From Candidatus Poribacteria bacterium (lineage in GTDB: Bacteria; Poribacteria; WGA-4E; UBA9662): a DNA stretch of 64,000 bases. The notes beneath the pieces are model-generated. The model was not told the origin of the DNA. It searched no databases and saw only the letters and a list, made by a program, of their open reading frames with translations. A program made the translations under genes and the position numbers. Location of the stretch: contig JAYZAL010000088.1 in assembly GCA_036339735.1 (NCBI GenBank), positions 96,001-160,000 on the forward strand. Reading direction: 5' to 3'. Below, in pieces: positions 1 through 9,842 of the stretch (the stretch's first letter is position 1; every line of letters starts with the position of its first letter).

Positions 1-2
1 AC

Positions 3-1526
3 GAATGGGAGGAGCTATTTTTTCGTTATCTGCCTGATTGGTTAACAGTTCCAAATAGAAGTTTATTACGTGGTTACTTTGAAGGAGACGAAAATTTTTG
101 GCAACCTCAATATTTTAATGCTTGGATTTTTCCTATATTGGCTTGGAGCGTTTTTGTAATTCTGTTGCTATTCGTCACTCTATGTATTAATATCATTATC
201 CGTCAACAATGGATTGAGCATGAGAAACTCAGTTATCCACTGACAGTCATGCCAATTGAGGTCATTTCAGATACCTCCAAACTCTTTTCAAATAAACTCG
301 TGTGGATCGGGTTTTTGATAGCATTTGGTTTAGAGATAATAGCTGGCTTAAACTACCTCTACCCTTCAGTTCCCCCGCTAAAGATAAAATATATAGTTCC
401 CACAAACATTCGCCCTTGGAATGCTATGAGTTGGGGATTTGCTATTTACATTTATCCGTTTGCCATAGGGTTAGCTTACCTAATGCCGTTGGATCTTTCT
501 CTGTCCCTTTGGTTTTTCCTACTAACCTGGAAGTTACAACCGGTGATTTTAACTGTGCTTGGATTTAATACGGCCGTTGGGCTGATGAATGAACAACGAT
601 CAGGAGCTTGGATCGGTATTGGCGTAATTGCACTGTTAACCAGTCGTAATCACATTATCAAAATAGTGAAAGGTGTATTGACTCGAAGAGAAAATAGCAG
701 TTTATACTATCTAGCCGTTTTTGGCATGATTTTTGGCACTGCACTGATGGTTCTATTTTGGTATCAAGCCGGTCTATCTCCTTGGGTTGCCATAACTTAC
801 TTCTTGATTTACTTTGTAATTTGTATTGGAATGACCCGAATGCGAGCTGAATTGGGACCACCAACTCACGAACTACACGGTGCACATCCAGACCGATTAA
901 TGGCCGGTTTTCTTGGCACACGCGCAATTGGTCCCGCTAACTTAACTAATACTACCCTACTTTCTTGGTTAGCTTATGGATACCGATGCCACCCGATGCC
1001 GCACCAATTAGAAGGATTCAAAATTGGTTCCTATTTTGATGTCCGCTATCGCCGTTTGATAATTTCCATGATTGTTGCCTCGATCGTTGGAGCTTTCCTA
1101 TCAATTTTGCTTCATGTCTCTCTTTATCACCGTTTTCAGTTTGCTCGATGGGGAGTTGGTGAATTCAACCATTTGAGAAATCAGATTTTATTTCCTAAAG
1201 AAGCAAATCTTGAAGCCATGCAGCATGTAGGCATTGGGTTTGTAATCACAGCAGTTTTGACGGTACTTAAACGTCGTTTTATTTGGTGGCCTTTCTATCC
1301 AGCTGGTTATGCTGTTAGTAAAGGATGGGCTATGACTTGGATGTGGTTCTCTATTTTACTAGGATGGCTAGCCAAAAGACTAATGTTTGCCACCGGTGGT
1401 GTGAAATATTACCGAATAATGCTACCTCTATTTCTGGGTTTTATATTTGGACAATTCTCAGCAGGTAGTTTATGGAGTTTGATAGCCATAATCACTGGTA
1501 AAAACATGTATACGATGTTCCCCTGA
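3..1526 (+). CDS. DUF6785/DUF6784-type polytopic membrane protein (putative OPT-like transporter), 5' end outside the window
   Basis: Frame is open from nt 3 (EWEELFFRYLPDW...AWIFPILAW) into the listed ORF. Many hydrophobic segments. Motifs W.E.EKLSYP, TRMRAELG, YRCHPMPHQLEG and WWPFYPAGY are shared with the paralog at 11219-13153. Confidence 0.75.
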   Translation, partial: EWEELFFRYLPDWLTVPNRSLLRGYFEGDENFWQPQYFNAWIFPILAWSVFVILLLFVTLCINIIIRQQWIEHEKLSYPLTVMPIEVISDTSKLFSNKLVWIGFLIAFGLEIIAGLNYLYPSVPPLKIKYIVPTNIRPWNAMSWGFAIYIYPFAIGLAYLMPLDLSLSLWFFLLTWKLQPVILTVLGFNTAVGLMNEQRSGAWIGIGVIALLTSRNHIIKIVKGVLTRRENSSLYYLAVFGMIFGTALMVLFWYQAGLSPWVAITYFLIYFVICIGMTRMRAELGPPTHELHGAHPDRLMAGFLGTRAIGPANLTNTTLLSWLAYGYRCHPMPHQLEGFKIGSYFDVRYRRLIISMIVASIVGAFLSILLHVSLYHRFQFARWGVGEFNHLRNQILFPKEANLEAMQHVGIGFVITAVLTVLKRRFIWWPFYPAGYAVSKGWAMTWMWFSILLGWLAKRLMFATGGVKYYRIMLPLFLGFIFGQFSAGSLWSLIAIITGKNMYTMFP

Positions 1527-1674
1527 AGAGATTGTTTATGTGGGATTCAGGATTTTGAATAAAATCTATGTCCAGAATTTATTAGGTCAAAAATTGCACA
1601 ATATCTACTCGTAGTAGTTAAGCTTAGTATAGATAAAAAGTGTAATATTGGAATGACACGGATGCTGGTGAAAA

Positions 1675-1683
1675 TGGTATAAT
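1675..1683 (+). promoter_or_regulatory. Extended -10 promoter (TGnTATAAT) upstream of the LamG gene
   Basis: tggtataat about 230 nt upstream of ATG 1916; no good -35 at canonical spacing. Confidence 0.4.
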
Positions 1684-1915
1684 CTTCGCTTCTTTCAAAA
1701 AGAACACAAAATCTTGTTTTCTAGTATGTACTTATATCCAACTACAATGGAACGGGAACGATGTATAACAAGTAGATGTCTTGCTCGAGAAGATATTTGT
1801 GTGTGATGAACAAGCCTAACTATTTTGTTTATCCTAAACCAATCGAAATCAACCAATTGGCTAGCGTAGTTAAAAAATAAATGATAATAAATAAATAGCC
1901 AAAAAGGGGAAAATT

Positions 1916-2692
1916 ATGTTTTTCAATCATAAAGCTAATAAACTATTCATACTACTGTTAATAGGTATTGTTTCTTCATTGCAAACTCTCAGTTGGTCAG
2001 TAGAACCTGATAAAGATTTACTTCTATATTTTCCAATGGAAAAAGATCTCTTAGATGCCAGTGGAAACAAAAATGATGGAGAACTTGCAAATGGAAAAGT
2101 ATCTTTGCAAAAAGGAAAATTTGGAAAAGCTATTGAATTAGCAACGGATCAGCCAATTGTAATCGAACCTTCGGATAGCTTACATGGGGATATATTTCTC
2201 GAACCGTTTACTTATACCTTATGGATAAACCCAGATTTCAAAGGAACGGAGTGGGGCCATTTATGGCGTAGTTTGCCTGGAGCTTCTGGGCATAATACTT
2301 TATTTCTCAACTCGGCTCAAGGATTATTCTCTTTTAGAGGTGTCGTCGGTGGGTGGACCATTCTCTGTCAAACTGACGGTGGATTAGTCAAAAAGAACAC
2401 TTGGTACCAAGTTACTCTAACTTCTGATACTAAGAAATTTAGAATCTATCTCAATGGAAAGCTAGAAAAAGAAGCTGACTACCAAAAGACAGCAGGAAAA
2501 ATTGCGGAGTTTCGCATCGGTGGTTCTGGTGGTGAAACTTATTCAGGTTTGATAGATGACGTTGCTTTTTACAGACGAGCCTTGGGCAAAAACGAAATCG
2601 AATCCATTACCGAAAGTGGAATGGAAGCGTTTCTCTCAGTCGATCCTAAAAGAAAACTAACGGTCAGTTGGTCCAGAATAAAGACAGAATAG
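1916..2692 (+). CDS. Secreted LamG/concanavalin-A-like jellyroll protein with conserved C-terminal tag
   Basis: N-terminal signal peptide; LLLYFPM...DASGNKNDG, GKFGKA, FTYTLWINP, W.QV..T, YLNG, GLIDDVAFYRRAL; ends SVDPKRKLTVSWSRIKTE. Confidence 0.85.
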   Translation: MFFNHKANKLFILLLIGIVSSLQTLSWSVEPDKDLLLYFPMEKDLLDASGNKNDGELANGKVSLQKGKFGKAIELATDQPIVIEPSDSLHGDIFLEPFTYTLWINPDFKGTEWGHLWRSLPGASGHNTLFLNSAQGLFSFRGVVGGWTILCQTDGGLVKKNTWYQVTLTSDTKKFRIYLNGKLEKEADYQKTAGKIAEFRIGGSGGETYSGLIDDVAFYRRALGKNEIESITESGMEAFLSVDPKRKLTVSWSRIKTE

Positions 2693-2776
2693 ATGATGTC
2701 CAAGGTATCAGCTATCAACTCGATTCCTCGTACAATTTAAATCATCAATATTTGAATCACAATATTTATTGATGGT

Positions 2777-2832
2777 CTTTCGTTGCAGTTACTTATCGGT
2801 CAATGCCGAATGGCAAGTAACTGCAACGAAAG
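2777..2832. terminator. 18-bp perfect inverted repeat between convergent genes (likely bidirectional terminator)
   Basis: ctttcgttgcagttactt (2777-2794) / aagtaactgcaacgaaag (2815-2832). Confidence 0.65.
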
Positions 2833-2996
2833 GACTGATCCGTCAAGTTTTTCTCGATTGTTTAGAATGTAACTAGTAATCGATGTTCAATTTTGGTATC
2901 TGGAACAATTTAATAAAACTTGCGTTTGTCGACTTGTGTAAACTCAGTACGAAACAACAAACACGAAAATTTTATTAGGATGAATAATTCTTTGAA

Positions 2997-4157
2997 TTAA
3001 CAAAAATCGTTCCCGCCTCTGATAATTGTGTAAACGTTTGTAGCACTTGCCACATAGTTGGGCACTTTAAAGTAATCCTTATTCACACATTCGTTTATAC
3101 CGTTTTCCCTGAAGTCTTGTATTACTTCGTTCAAGATTTCTTTCGCAATCCTGAGGCTTTTTCGGGAAATGACCGGTATGACCCATGCTAACGGTGTTGC
3201 CCAAAAAGCTCCATTCTGGTACGTGCCAGTTTCACACGAGATAAATGTTTTATCCCAACCTTTATCTCTTGGCGACAAGTGCTTCAGCTGACCTTTAAAA
3301 AATAGTTTTTCCTTATTATCAATTAAATATTGGATAATTCTGTTCGTTTGCTCTGGGGTTGTTATTCCTACAGCAACAGCAAATGCACTCCCCCAAATAT
3401 CAATTTGTCGACAATCGATAGTAGCAGCCAAAAACATTCCTGATTCGCTATCATAAAGCTTGCTGATATTTTTCTTAATGTTTTCTCTCCAAATCCTGTA
3501 GCATTCCCCGCTATCTATGGAATATTTCATGCATAATTTTTCCATTTCCATACTAGATTGAAAAAACAAAAGAGATGAGAATAAAAGATTACCAGTCTTT
3601 TTCACAATATCCGTGAATCCATAGTTACACTGAGGATTCAAGGGGTCATTGAATACTAAACCATCTTTATCTCTATTAACAAATCGTAACCCATCTTTAA
3701 TAACCGTTTGCATTTTCGTAAAGAATTCATCATCTTCAAAACGGTTAGTGTACGAACATAAAAGCAATGCCGTGAATGGACCATTATCAAGTGCATGATC
3801 GGCTAGCGGACTTAAATCTCCTCCAGGACTATATATTGGTTGACCATCGGAATTTACTCGGTCAGGCATGCAACCATCTTTTCTCTGTCCATTTATCAAA
3901 TACTTGATGCAAATCTTGATTTCTTCTGGATCCATCAGGTCTCCAGCATATTCGACCATATAGTAGAAATCTCTCGTCCATAAGGCTTTGTAATTACCTA
4001 TACCGTCTGGTGTATAAAGCCATAAACCTGATGATGACCTTATTCTAGACCCATTTAGTTGATCCTTGGTCGCCTGCGTTAACCAATATGTATCAGCTCG
4101 AGAAGGGCCATATGTATTTTCAGAAAAATTAAAGTCTTTTGGGTAATGATCCGACAC
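2997..4157 (-). CDS. Six-hairpin (alpha/alpha)6 glycosidase-like protein
   Basis: ALWTRDFYY, YGFTD.V.K.G.LLF.SLL, DIWGSAFAV and YQNGAFWATP motifs; GTG start with AAGGAG RBS. Confidence 0.65.
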   Translation of the reverse strand: MSDHYPKDFNFSENTYGPSRADTYWLTQATKDQLNGSRIRSSSGLWLYTPDGIGNYKALWTRDFYYMVEYAGDLMDPEEIKICIKYLINGQRKDGCMPDRVNSDGQPIYSPGGDLSPLADHALDNGPFTALLLCSYTNRFEDDEFFTKMQTVIKDGLRFVNRDKDGLVFNDPLNPQCNYGFTDIVKKTGNLLFSSLLFFQSSMEMEKLCMKYSIDSGECYRIWRENIKKNISKLYDSESGMFLAATIDCRQIDIWGSAFAVAVGITTPEQTNRIIQYLIDNKEKLFFKGQLKHLSPRDKGWDKTFISCETGTYQNGAFWATPLAWVIPVISRKSLRIAKEILNEVIQDFRENGINECVNKDYFKVPNYVASATNVYTIIRGGNDFC

Positions 4158-4481
4158 CCATCGCTCCTTAAATACCTGTATTATAGGTTAAAAAAGTTTC
4201 GGATTTTCGAACTGTCTGGCTATTTCAGCGAATTTTTGTCATGATGTTTATTACTTAACTTTTAATTTGGTCACTTTGAACGAAATAAGATGAACGCTGA
4301 ATTAGTCGTAGGGATAATGAAATTCAAAAATGAATATTATTGTTCAAAAAGAAGATATCATTCATAAGATATTACTTTCATAGTTCTAACGCAAATGGTT
4401 TTATTGTAAAATAACCTCGTTTGAGAATTCTATAGATTTAAGTTTTAAATATCCATATAAAATGGGAGCTTTCATAATATT

Positions 4482-6488
4482 ATGCAAACTTTTTCTTCTT
4501 CCCTCCTATCAAACGATAAAGATACAGATCAACAACTTGTATTGAAAGGTACAAATGTCACACCACATCTTATCGCGGAATCGATGAGATACAGTGAACC
4601 CCCTGAACCAGCCTCAGGTGCCAAAGTTCAGCTTTTTTTGTACAATAATAGCTCTAAATCTTTGTCGATCACCAATCAAACTCCTGTTCAGTTTGCTGGA
4701 AAATCTGCCCAAGAGTTATTGGAAGAAAATATTTGGTCTTGGCATGACACTCCGTCAGTACGAAACGATTTGGACCTTCTCGATTCAGATCAGATGACCG
4801 TTTGGACTTTCAATAGCAAACACCCAACTTTTGGTCCTAATGCAGAACTGAACATGAAAATTGGTCCTACTAACGAACCATGGCTTTCGGGAAATCTAAG
4901 CCTAAAACCTTCTAAGTGCTGGATGTCATCTGTGACTTTTTTAGCGCCAGAAGGCGAAATCCATCCAGAAAATTTAGTCATTCATATGGCAAACACATCT
5001 GAAAAAGATATTTCTATTAGTTCTTGTCGGCTTTGGCTAGCCAATGAGCCCTCAACTCCCCGTATACTTTCACTACAAAAAATATTGGAGCCAATCAAAT
5101 TATTCAATGATCAAGAGGTAATTCCCGCGAGCGAACTTGGTGGGTTCATGATCAAAACTGATCCACTACCGCTGACATATGCAGCTATTGAGATTATTAT
5201 TACACCAACTGATGGTCCCTCCTATTCTATCTGGTCTTATCTTCGTATCAAAGTGGAACAATTTGATATTTCAGGAGGATGGGTCAACGATTCAGGAAAT
5301 CATCTTCAAAATGAGAATTTTCTTAAAACACTTAAACGACTATATGTCAACACTTCACATAATTCCATTATGGACGGCTATAGCGATACTGATTTGTATG
5401 AAAAGTATCCTTTGAAGTATTTTGGTGGCTTACAGCCTTTTGAAGTTTATGATACCGATGAGATGTTGCCCAAAATCCATGCTGTCGAGTTTTTGGGAGA
5501 GCCACAATATGGCGGAGGAACTCCCGTACCTCCACAAGACGTTTGGGAAGCTCTGTCACCTTACGCTGTTACCCGATTAGCCACTACCTTGACACACAGC
5601 GAAGAACGAATATGGCGTGATTACGCAGGTTTAAGTGATTACCCACATTATGACGCTTATCGTGTGTCGGCACCTTCTCCTGATTCTTGGAGAAAATATG
5701 ATCGTTGGAATGGAAACATAATTGGTTGGGGTTCGCCTCTTGAAACTATTGGAGACATGTGCCGATCACTCAAGGAACTCAATCGACCAATGCCTTGCGC
5801 GATTTGGTCTCAGGGACCTCATCACAATTGGTCGGTATATGATCATCGAACAAGGACCTCTCCGACCCCAACGGAAATTAGAATGCAAGCCTACCACGCT
5901 ATTTCAACACGTATTACTTCGCTTTACTGGTTTAATCTTAGTTTGAAGTCTCTATGCTCATGGAGAGATACTATGGAGGAACTGGTACATATTGGGCGCG
6001 AACTCAGACTGATTGATGAATTTTTATTGGAAGGCGATGCTTATGAGCATAAACGTCTGACGGATACAAATGGACATTTAGATTGGGATATTTCTTCTGT
6101 TTTTGGCCCCAGAGCAGGGATCTTGTTCGCAATGGATATTAACTACGAGCCTGACTTAGAAGAAAGGGTTTTCAAATACGGACCTCCCAGAAATGCACAA
6201 TGGTCATTCTCACTTCCTACTTATTTACAAAAGGTCAGTGATGTATTTAGGATAGATGCTGATGGGGTCTATGATGTCGACTGGAACCTAGTTGACAACT
6301 CGATCGAAATTTCTAACCAAGCCAGTCAAGTTATGGTTTATCTCGCAACTGAGGATCCGAAACTACGATTTAAGCTAGAAGTCAAACGTCAGCAATTATT
6401 GGAAGAAGAAAGCAGAATTGGATTTGATCCTGTGAAAAACGATGCAGACTTTCATACTTTGCAGGAAGTTCTTGGATCTGCAGATTAA
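4482..6488 (+). CDS. Hypothetical protein, possibly with a glycoside-hydrolase-like TIM-barrel C-terminal half
   Basis: 668-aa ORF with GGGAG RBS; pattern LGEP...YDAY...WSQG...PTPTEIRMQAYHA....SLYWF. Confidence 0.55.
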   Translation: MQTFSSSLLSNDKDTDQQLVLKGTNVTPHLIAESMRYSEPPEPASGAKVQLFLYNNSSKSLSITNQTPVQFAGKSAQELLEENIWSWHDTPSVRNDLDLLDSDQMTVWTFNSKHPTFGPNAELNMKIGPTNEPWLSGNLSLKPSKCWMSSVTFLAPEGEIHPENLVIHMANTSEKDISISSCRLWLANEPSTPRILSLQKILEPIKLFNDQEVIPASELGGFMIKTDPLPLTYAAIEIIITPTDGPSYSIWSYLRIKVEQFDISGGWVNDSGNHLQNENFLKTLKRLYVNTSHNSIMDGYSDTDLYEKYPLKYFGGLQPFEVYDTDEMLPKIHAVEFLGEPQYGGGTPVPPQDVWEALSPYAVTRLATTLTHSEERIWRDYAGLSDYPHYDAYRVSAPSPDSWRKYDRWNGNIIGWGSPLETIGDMCRSLKELNRPMPCAIWSQGPHHNWSVYDHRTRTSPTPTEIRMQAYHAISTRITSLYWFNLSLKSLCSWRDTMEELVHIGRELRLIDEFLLEGDAYEHKRLTDTNGHLDWDISSVFGPRAGILFAMDINYEPDLEERVFKYGPPRNAQWSFSLPTYLQKVSDVFRIDADGVYDVDWNLVDNSIEISNQASQVMVYLATEDPKLRFKLEVKRQQLLEEESRIGFDPVKNDADFHTLQEVLGSAD

Positions 6489-6520
6489 TATCGTTTATTA
6501 AATCACTGATATCTTCCTTG

Positions 6521-6588
6521 AAAATAACTTTGTTCAGTTATTAGTCATGTTGATTCATTCAGTCATCAATTGAACAAAGTTATTTTTT
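6521..6588 (+). terminator. Intrinsic terminator-like hairpin
   Basis: aaaataactttgttca (6521-6536) / tgaacaaagttatttt (6571-6586) ending in a T-run, just over 30 nt after stop 6488. Confidence 0.65.
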
Positions 6589-6761
6589 ATCATACTGATT
6601 GTTCAAAGCTAAAAATCACCTAGATTGTCGTGCCTTCATCGGCGCGATATTACTAATCATATTAATTCATTTTCTCAGCTCAGAACAGATTGAAAGATAA
6701 TAAATTGATAAGCTTATACATTGAGTATCAAAAAGTCCTATTCACTTGATAACTAGTTTAA

Positions 6762-7463
6762 ATGAAAAACCAAACAATATTTACTATAGGCCACTCAAGG
6801 CACAAAATTGATTGCTTTATAAAGCTATTGCGTTGCTATCAGTGTAATATCATCATCGATGTCAGAAGCCTTCCATATAGTCGAATTGCCCCACAGTTTA
6901 ACAGAAATAGATTGAGTTTATCCTTAAGAGAAAACAAGATACACTATATGGATTTTCAAAACGAATTCGGTGCAAGACAAACGAGTGCTTACTTGCTGGA
7001 CCCTAATGGGAAAGTCGATTTTGATAAAGTAAGATTGAGTTCTTCATTCAGGGATGGGATAGCTAGACTCACAAGAGGGTTAGATTTAGGATATAGAATT
7101 GCATTAATGTGTTCAGAAGCTGACCCTTTTGAATGCCACCGTTTCTCTTTAATTTCATATCAGATTATTCAAGAAGGTGGTCGAGTCAGTCATATATTGA
7201 AAGATGGCGATCTGAAGGAAAATGGAAAAATGGAAGACGAACTAATTTCTAAATATAAAAACAAACTACCACAGAGCGACTTATTTAAACAAATTACAAG
7301 GAAAGATCAAATTGAAAAAGCTTATCGACTTAGAGGTAAGGACATAGCTTTTTCTTTGGCAGAACAAAAAGAAAAAATGAAAGCTAAAGAAATAGAATAT
7401 TCAGTACAGTTACCCAGTAATATTTTACAAAATCAACACTATAAAACACCTAATTTGTTTTAG
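6762..7463 (+). CDS. DUF488 family protein
   Basis: IFTIGHS, DVRSLPYSR, ALMCSEADPFECHR motifs. Confidence 0.85.
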   Translation: MKNQTIFTIGHSRHKIDCFIKLLRCYQCNIIIDVRSLPYSRIAPQFNRNRLSLSLRENKIHYMDFQNEFGARQTSAYLLDPNGKVDFDKVRLSSSFRDGIARLTRGLDLGYRIALMCSEADPFECHRFSLISYQIIQEGGRVSHILKDGDLKENGKMEDELISKYKNKLPQSDLFKQITRKDQIEKAYRLRGKDIAFSLAEQKEKMKAKEIEYSVQLPSNILQNQHYKTPNLF

Positions 7464-7609
7464 AATGATGTTTGTGGGCAAGATTAAATTCGATATAAAT
7501 TCCACTAGTGTAGTAAAAGACCTAGTCACAGAAGCTAGTGTCGCCGAGATTAAGCGTAAATCCCAAAATCAATCTTATTTTTTATTTATGCAATAATAAA
7601 ATTTGTTCA

Positions 7610-8626
7610 TCAAGTTTCTGCTGATTTTTGTTCTAGAGAATCCATTTTGGGATGAATCAGCCGTCTCCACAATGGAGGTATCATACAAGGCCAAAAGCAA
7701 GCAAAATACCCTGATGGAAGTTTAAGTGACTTAGTTGTTGATTTAAGTTGCCAGAATGGGATATTTGCTTTTAAATGATGCGATGAATGCCGACTCAGTT
7801 CCAACAACATCCACCGACTCCAACGAGCTTCAGAATCCCAGCTATGGAGTTCTGAAACAGATTCTCCATCCTCTCGGCGAAGTCCATAGTGCCGAATATA
7901 GTTTACATATTCGAGAAGAAATACCGCTGATGCTGAATAAATCAACCATGCCGAACTCATGAAGGGATCATATAAAAAGAGCGCCACGACAATAACAAGT
8001 GATAATGCAGTTCTCAGCAAAATAGGGTTGCGAATACCAGAAGATTTTTGTTCCATTTCTCTATATATACTGACCCATTGAAGAGGAATAGTTAATGCAA
8101 GATGTTTCCAGAACCCTCGGTTCCTAGGTGCGCTTGCACCGTCTTTACTCGTTGCCACGTATCGATGGTGATTTCGGTTATGTTCTTGTGTGAAGTGTGG
8201 GTAGGCTACCACTTGCATCATCAAATTTGCTAACCATCGACGTGGTCCTCGATTGTAATGCCCGAGTTCATGAGCCGGAACAATACCCGAGACCCCAGCA
8301 CAGAATCCACTAGAAATAGCCGCAATTTTTGTATGCCAAAAAGAATCATTATTATCAATTAATACAAATAATGAGGCCAAAATAGCCAGCTGAAAAACAA
8401 CATGTAGAGCAGGTATCCATTCGAGATAGAATGGGGGGTGGAAGACTGGAAAATTTTCTTTTTCAACACTGAAAAACACATCCAGCAATGGGTATATAAC
8501 AAGAGGAATTATAATTCCTAGGCAGGTTGTCCAACCGCCCACAAACATTGTGGTAAAGACAATTGTCGGTTGGATAAAACTGAGCAGGTAAATGTGGCTG
8601 AATTTCACTCGCTTTGATTCAAGCAT
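7610..8626 (-). CDS. Alkane 1-monooxygenase-like (AlkB/fatty acid desaturase family) membrane di-iron enzyme
   Basis: His boxes HELGH, EHNRNHH, NYIRHYG, LSRHSSHH; VAT..D.ASA and LPSGY...PPLW motifs; TM helices. Confidence 0.8.
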   Translation of the reverse strand: MLESKRVKFSHIYLLSFIQPTIVFTTMFVGGWTTCLGIIIPLVIYPLLDVFFSVEKENFPVFHPPFYLEWIPALHVVFQLAILASLFVLIDNNDSFWHTKIAAISSGFCAGVSGIVPAHELGHYNRGPRRWLANLMMQVVAYPHFTQEHNRNHHRYVATSKDGASAPRNRGFWKHLALTIPLQWVSIYREMEQKSSGIRNPILLRTALSLVIVVALFLYDPFMSSAWLIYSASAVFLLEYVNYIRHYGLRREDGESVSELHSWDSEARWSRWMLLELSRHSSHHLKANIPFWQLKSTTKSLKLPSGYFACFWPCMIPPLWRRLIHPKMDSLEQKSAET

Positions 8627-8816
8627 AATTAGGGGTCTTCAGTATTTGACAGTTTTAATTTTCTTTTCCTTTATAGGAAATTAGCTTTCACACTTGTACA
8701 GATATTTTTATTTTTTACAATCAGATACCTGTGAGCGACAGACAAGATTAGATTAAAAACCCTACTAGTTGATTATGAACGAGATAAGACGAATTAATTC
8801 TAGATCTATCCCCGGG

Positions 8817-9842
8817 TTAAAAAGACAGATTAGACAAAACTTCACTTATCCAATCTTCTGATATTTCTTCATCATCAATTACAGTAAACCATAGTTTAGG
8901 TCTACTCTTAACAAAAGATTTCAAATTTATTAACGATTTAAACAAGTCGTCATATTTCAGGTCCATGGATTTCGGCTGGTAATCTAATCTTACATCATCC
9001 ATAATTTTAGTAATTTCTTCAGCTTTATTTTCTTGTAATCGACTCATCAAGTAGATTCCCAATCCTATGATGTGTCCGTGGATAAAAGGTCGTCTAAGCC
9101 GTTCTTCTAATTCGTAAAAAAGAAAATGTTCTGAACCTTCTTCTACACGATAGTGATTAATAGGAAGACATATTGTGTTCAGTTTCATGTAACCTTGAAC
9201 AATAGCAAGTATTCCGTTATCGGTAACGTCTCTTATATCGGGAATAATTTCGTATAAATCATCTATGATCCCTCGGGCTTCCTGGATTGCAGACGTAGAA
9301 AATGGGTACTTGGATTGATTTTTACTTTCTGCATATTCCCAATCAAAACTAGCAGTATGTATAGACAATAAGTCTCCAATACCTGCAATATTCAAGGTCG
9401 CAGGTGCTGTACGAATAATATCATAATCTATGATCAAAGGATCTGGGCTAGTTTGTCCAACATATTCGATTTCGTGATTAACTCGTACACCGGCAGCAGG
9501 GGTGACAAATGCGTCGACACTAATCACAGTTGGAATTGTCACTAATCTGATGCTACGTTTCCAAGAAAAGTATTTGGCTGCATCGACGGCTTGCCCACCA
9601 CCAATCCCAACTACAGTATCACAGGGTGGTAATTTTAGAAGTTTACTATCTAGTACGCTCTGATCCACAGAATCAATAAATACAACTTCTTCTGGAGTAC
9701 CGCCAAGCAAATTTTGTGTAACTTTCCATGGAATATCCATTGTCGCAACAACGAATCTTCCGATCTCATTACCGATACCTTTTATACTACCAGAACCGAA
9801 TCGATATGATGATACGTTCGTCTGGCCTGATATTTGCCTCAT
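8817..9842 (-). CDS. sn-glycerol-1-phosphate dehydrogenase-like protein (DHQS/Fe-ADH superfamily)
   Basis: GIGGGQAVDAAKY, IPTVISVDAF.TP, AGIGDLLS, EGSEH and IHG metal-binding motifs. Confidence 0.7.
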   Translation of the reverse strand: MRQISGQTNVSSYRFGSGSIKGIGNEIGRFVVATMDIPWKVTQNLLGGTPEEVVFIDSVDQSVLDSKLLKLPPCDTVVGIGGGQAVDAAKYFSWKRSIRLVTIPTVISVDAFVTPAAGVRVNHEIEYVGQTSPDPLIIDYDIIRTAPATLNIAGIGDLLSIHTASFDWEYAESKNQSKYPFSTSAIQEARGIIDDLYEIIPDIRDVTDNGILAIVQGYMKLNTICLPINHYRVEEGSEHFLFYELEERLRRPFIHGHIIGLGIYLMSRLQENKAEEITKIMDDVRLDYQPKSMDLKYDDLFKSLINLKSFVKSRPKLWFTVIDDEEISEDWISEVLSNLSF

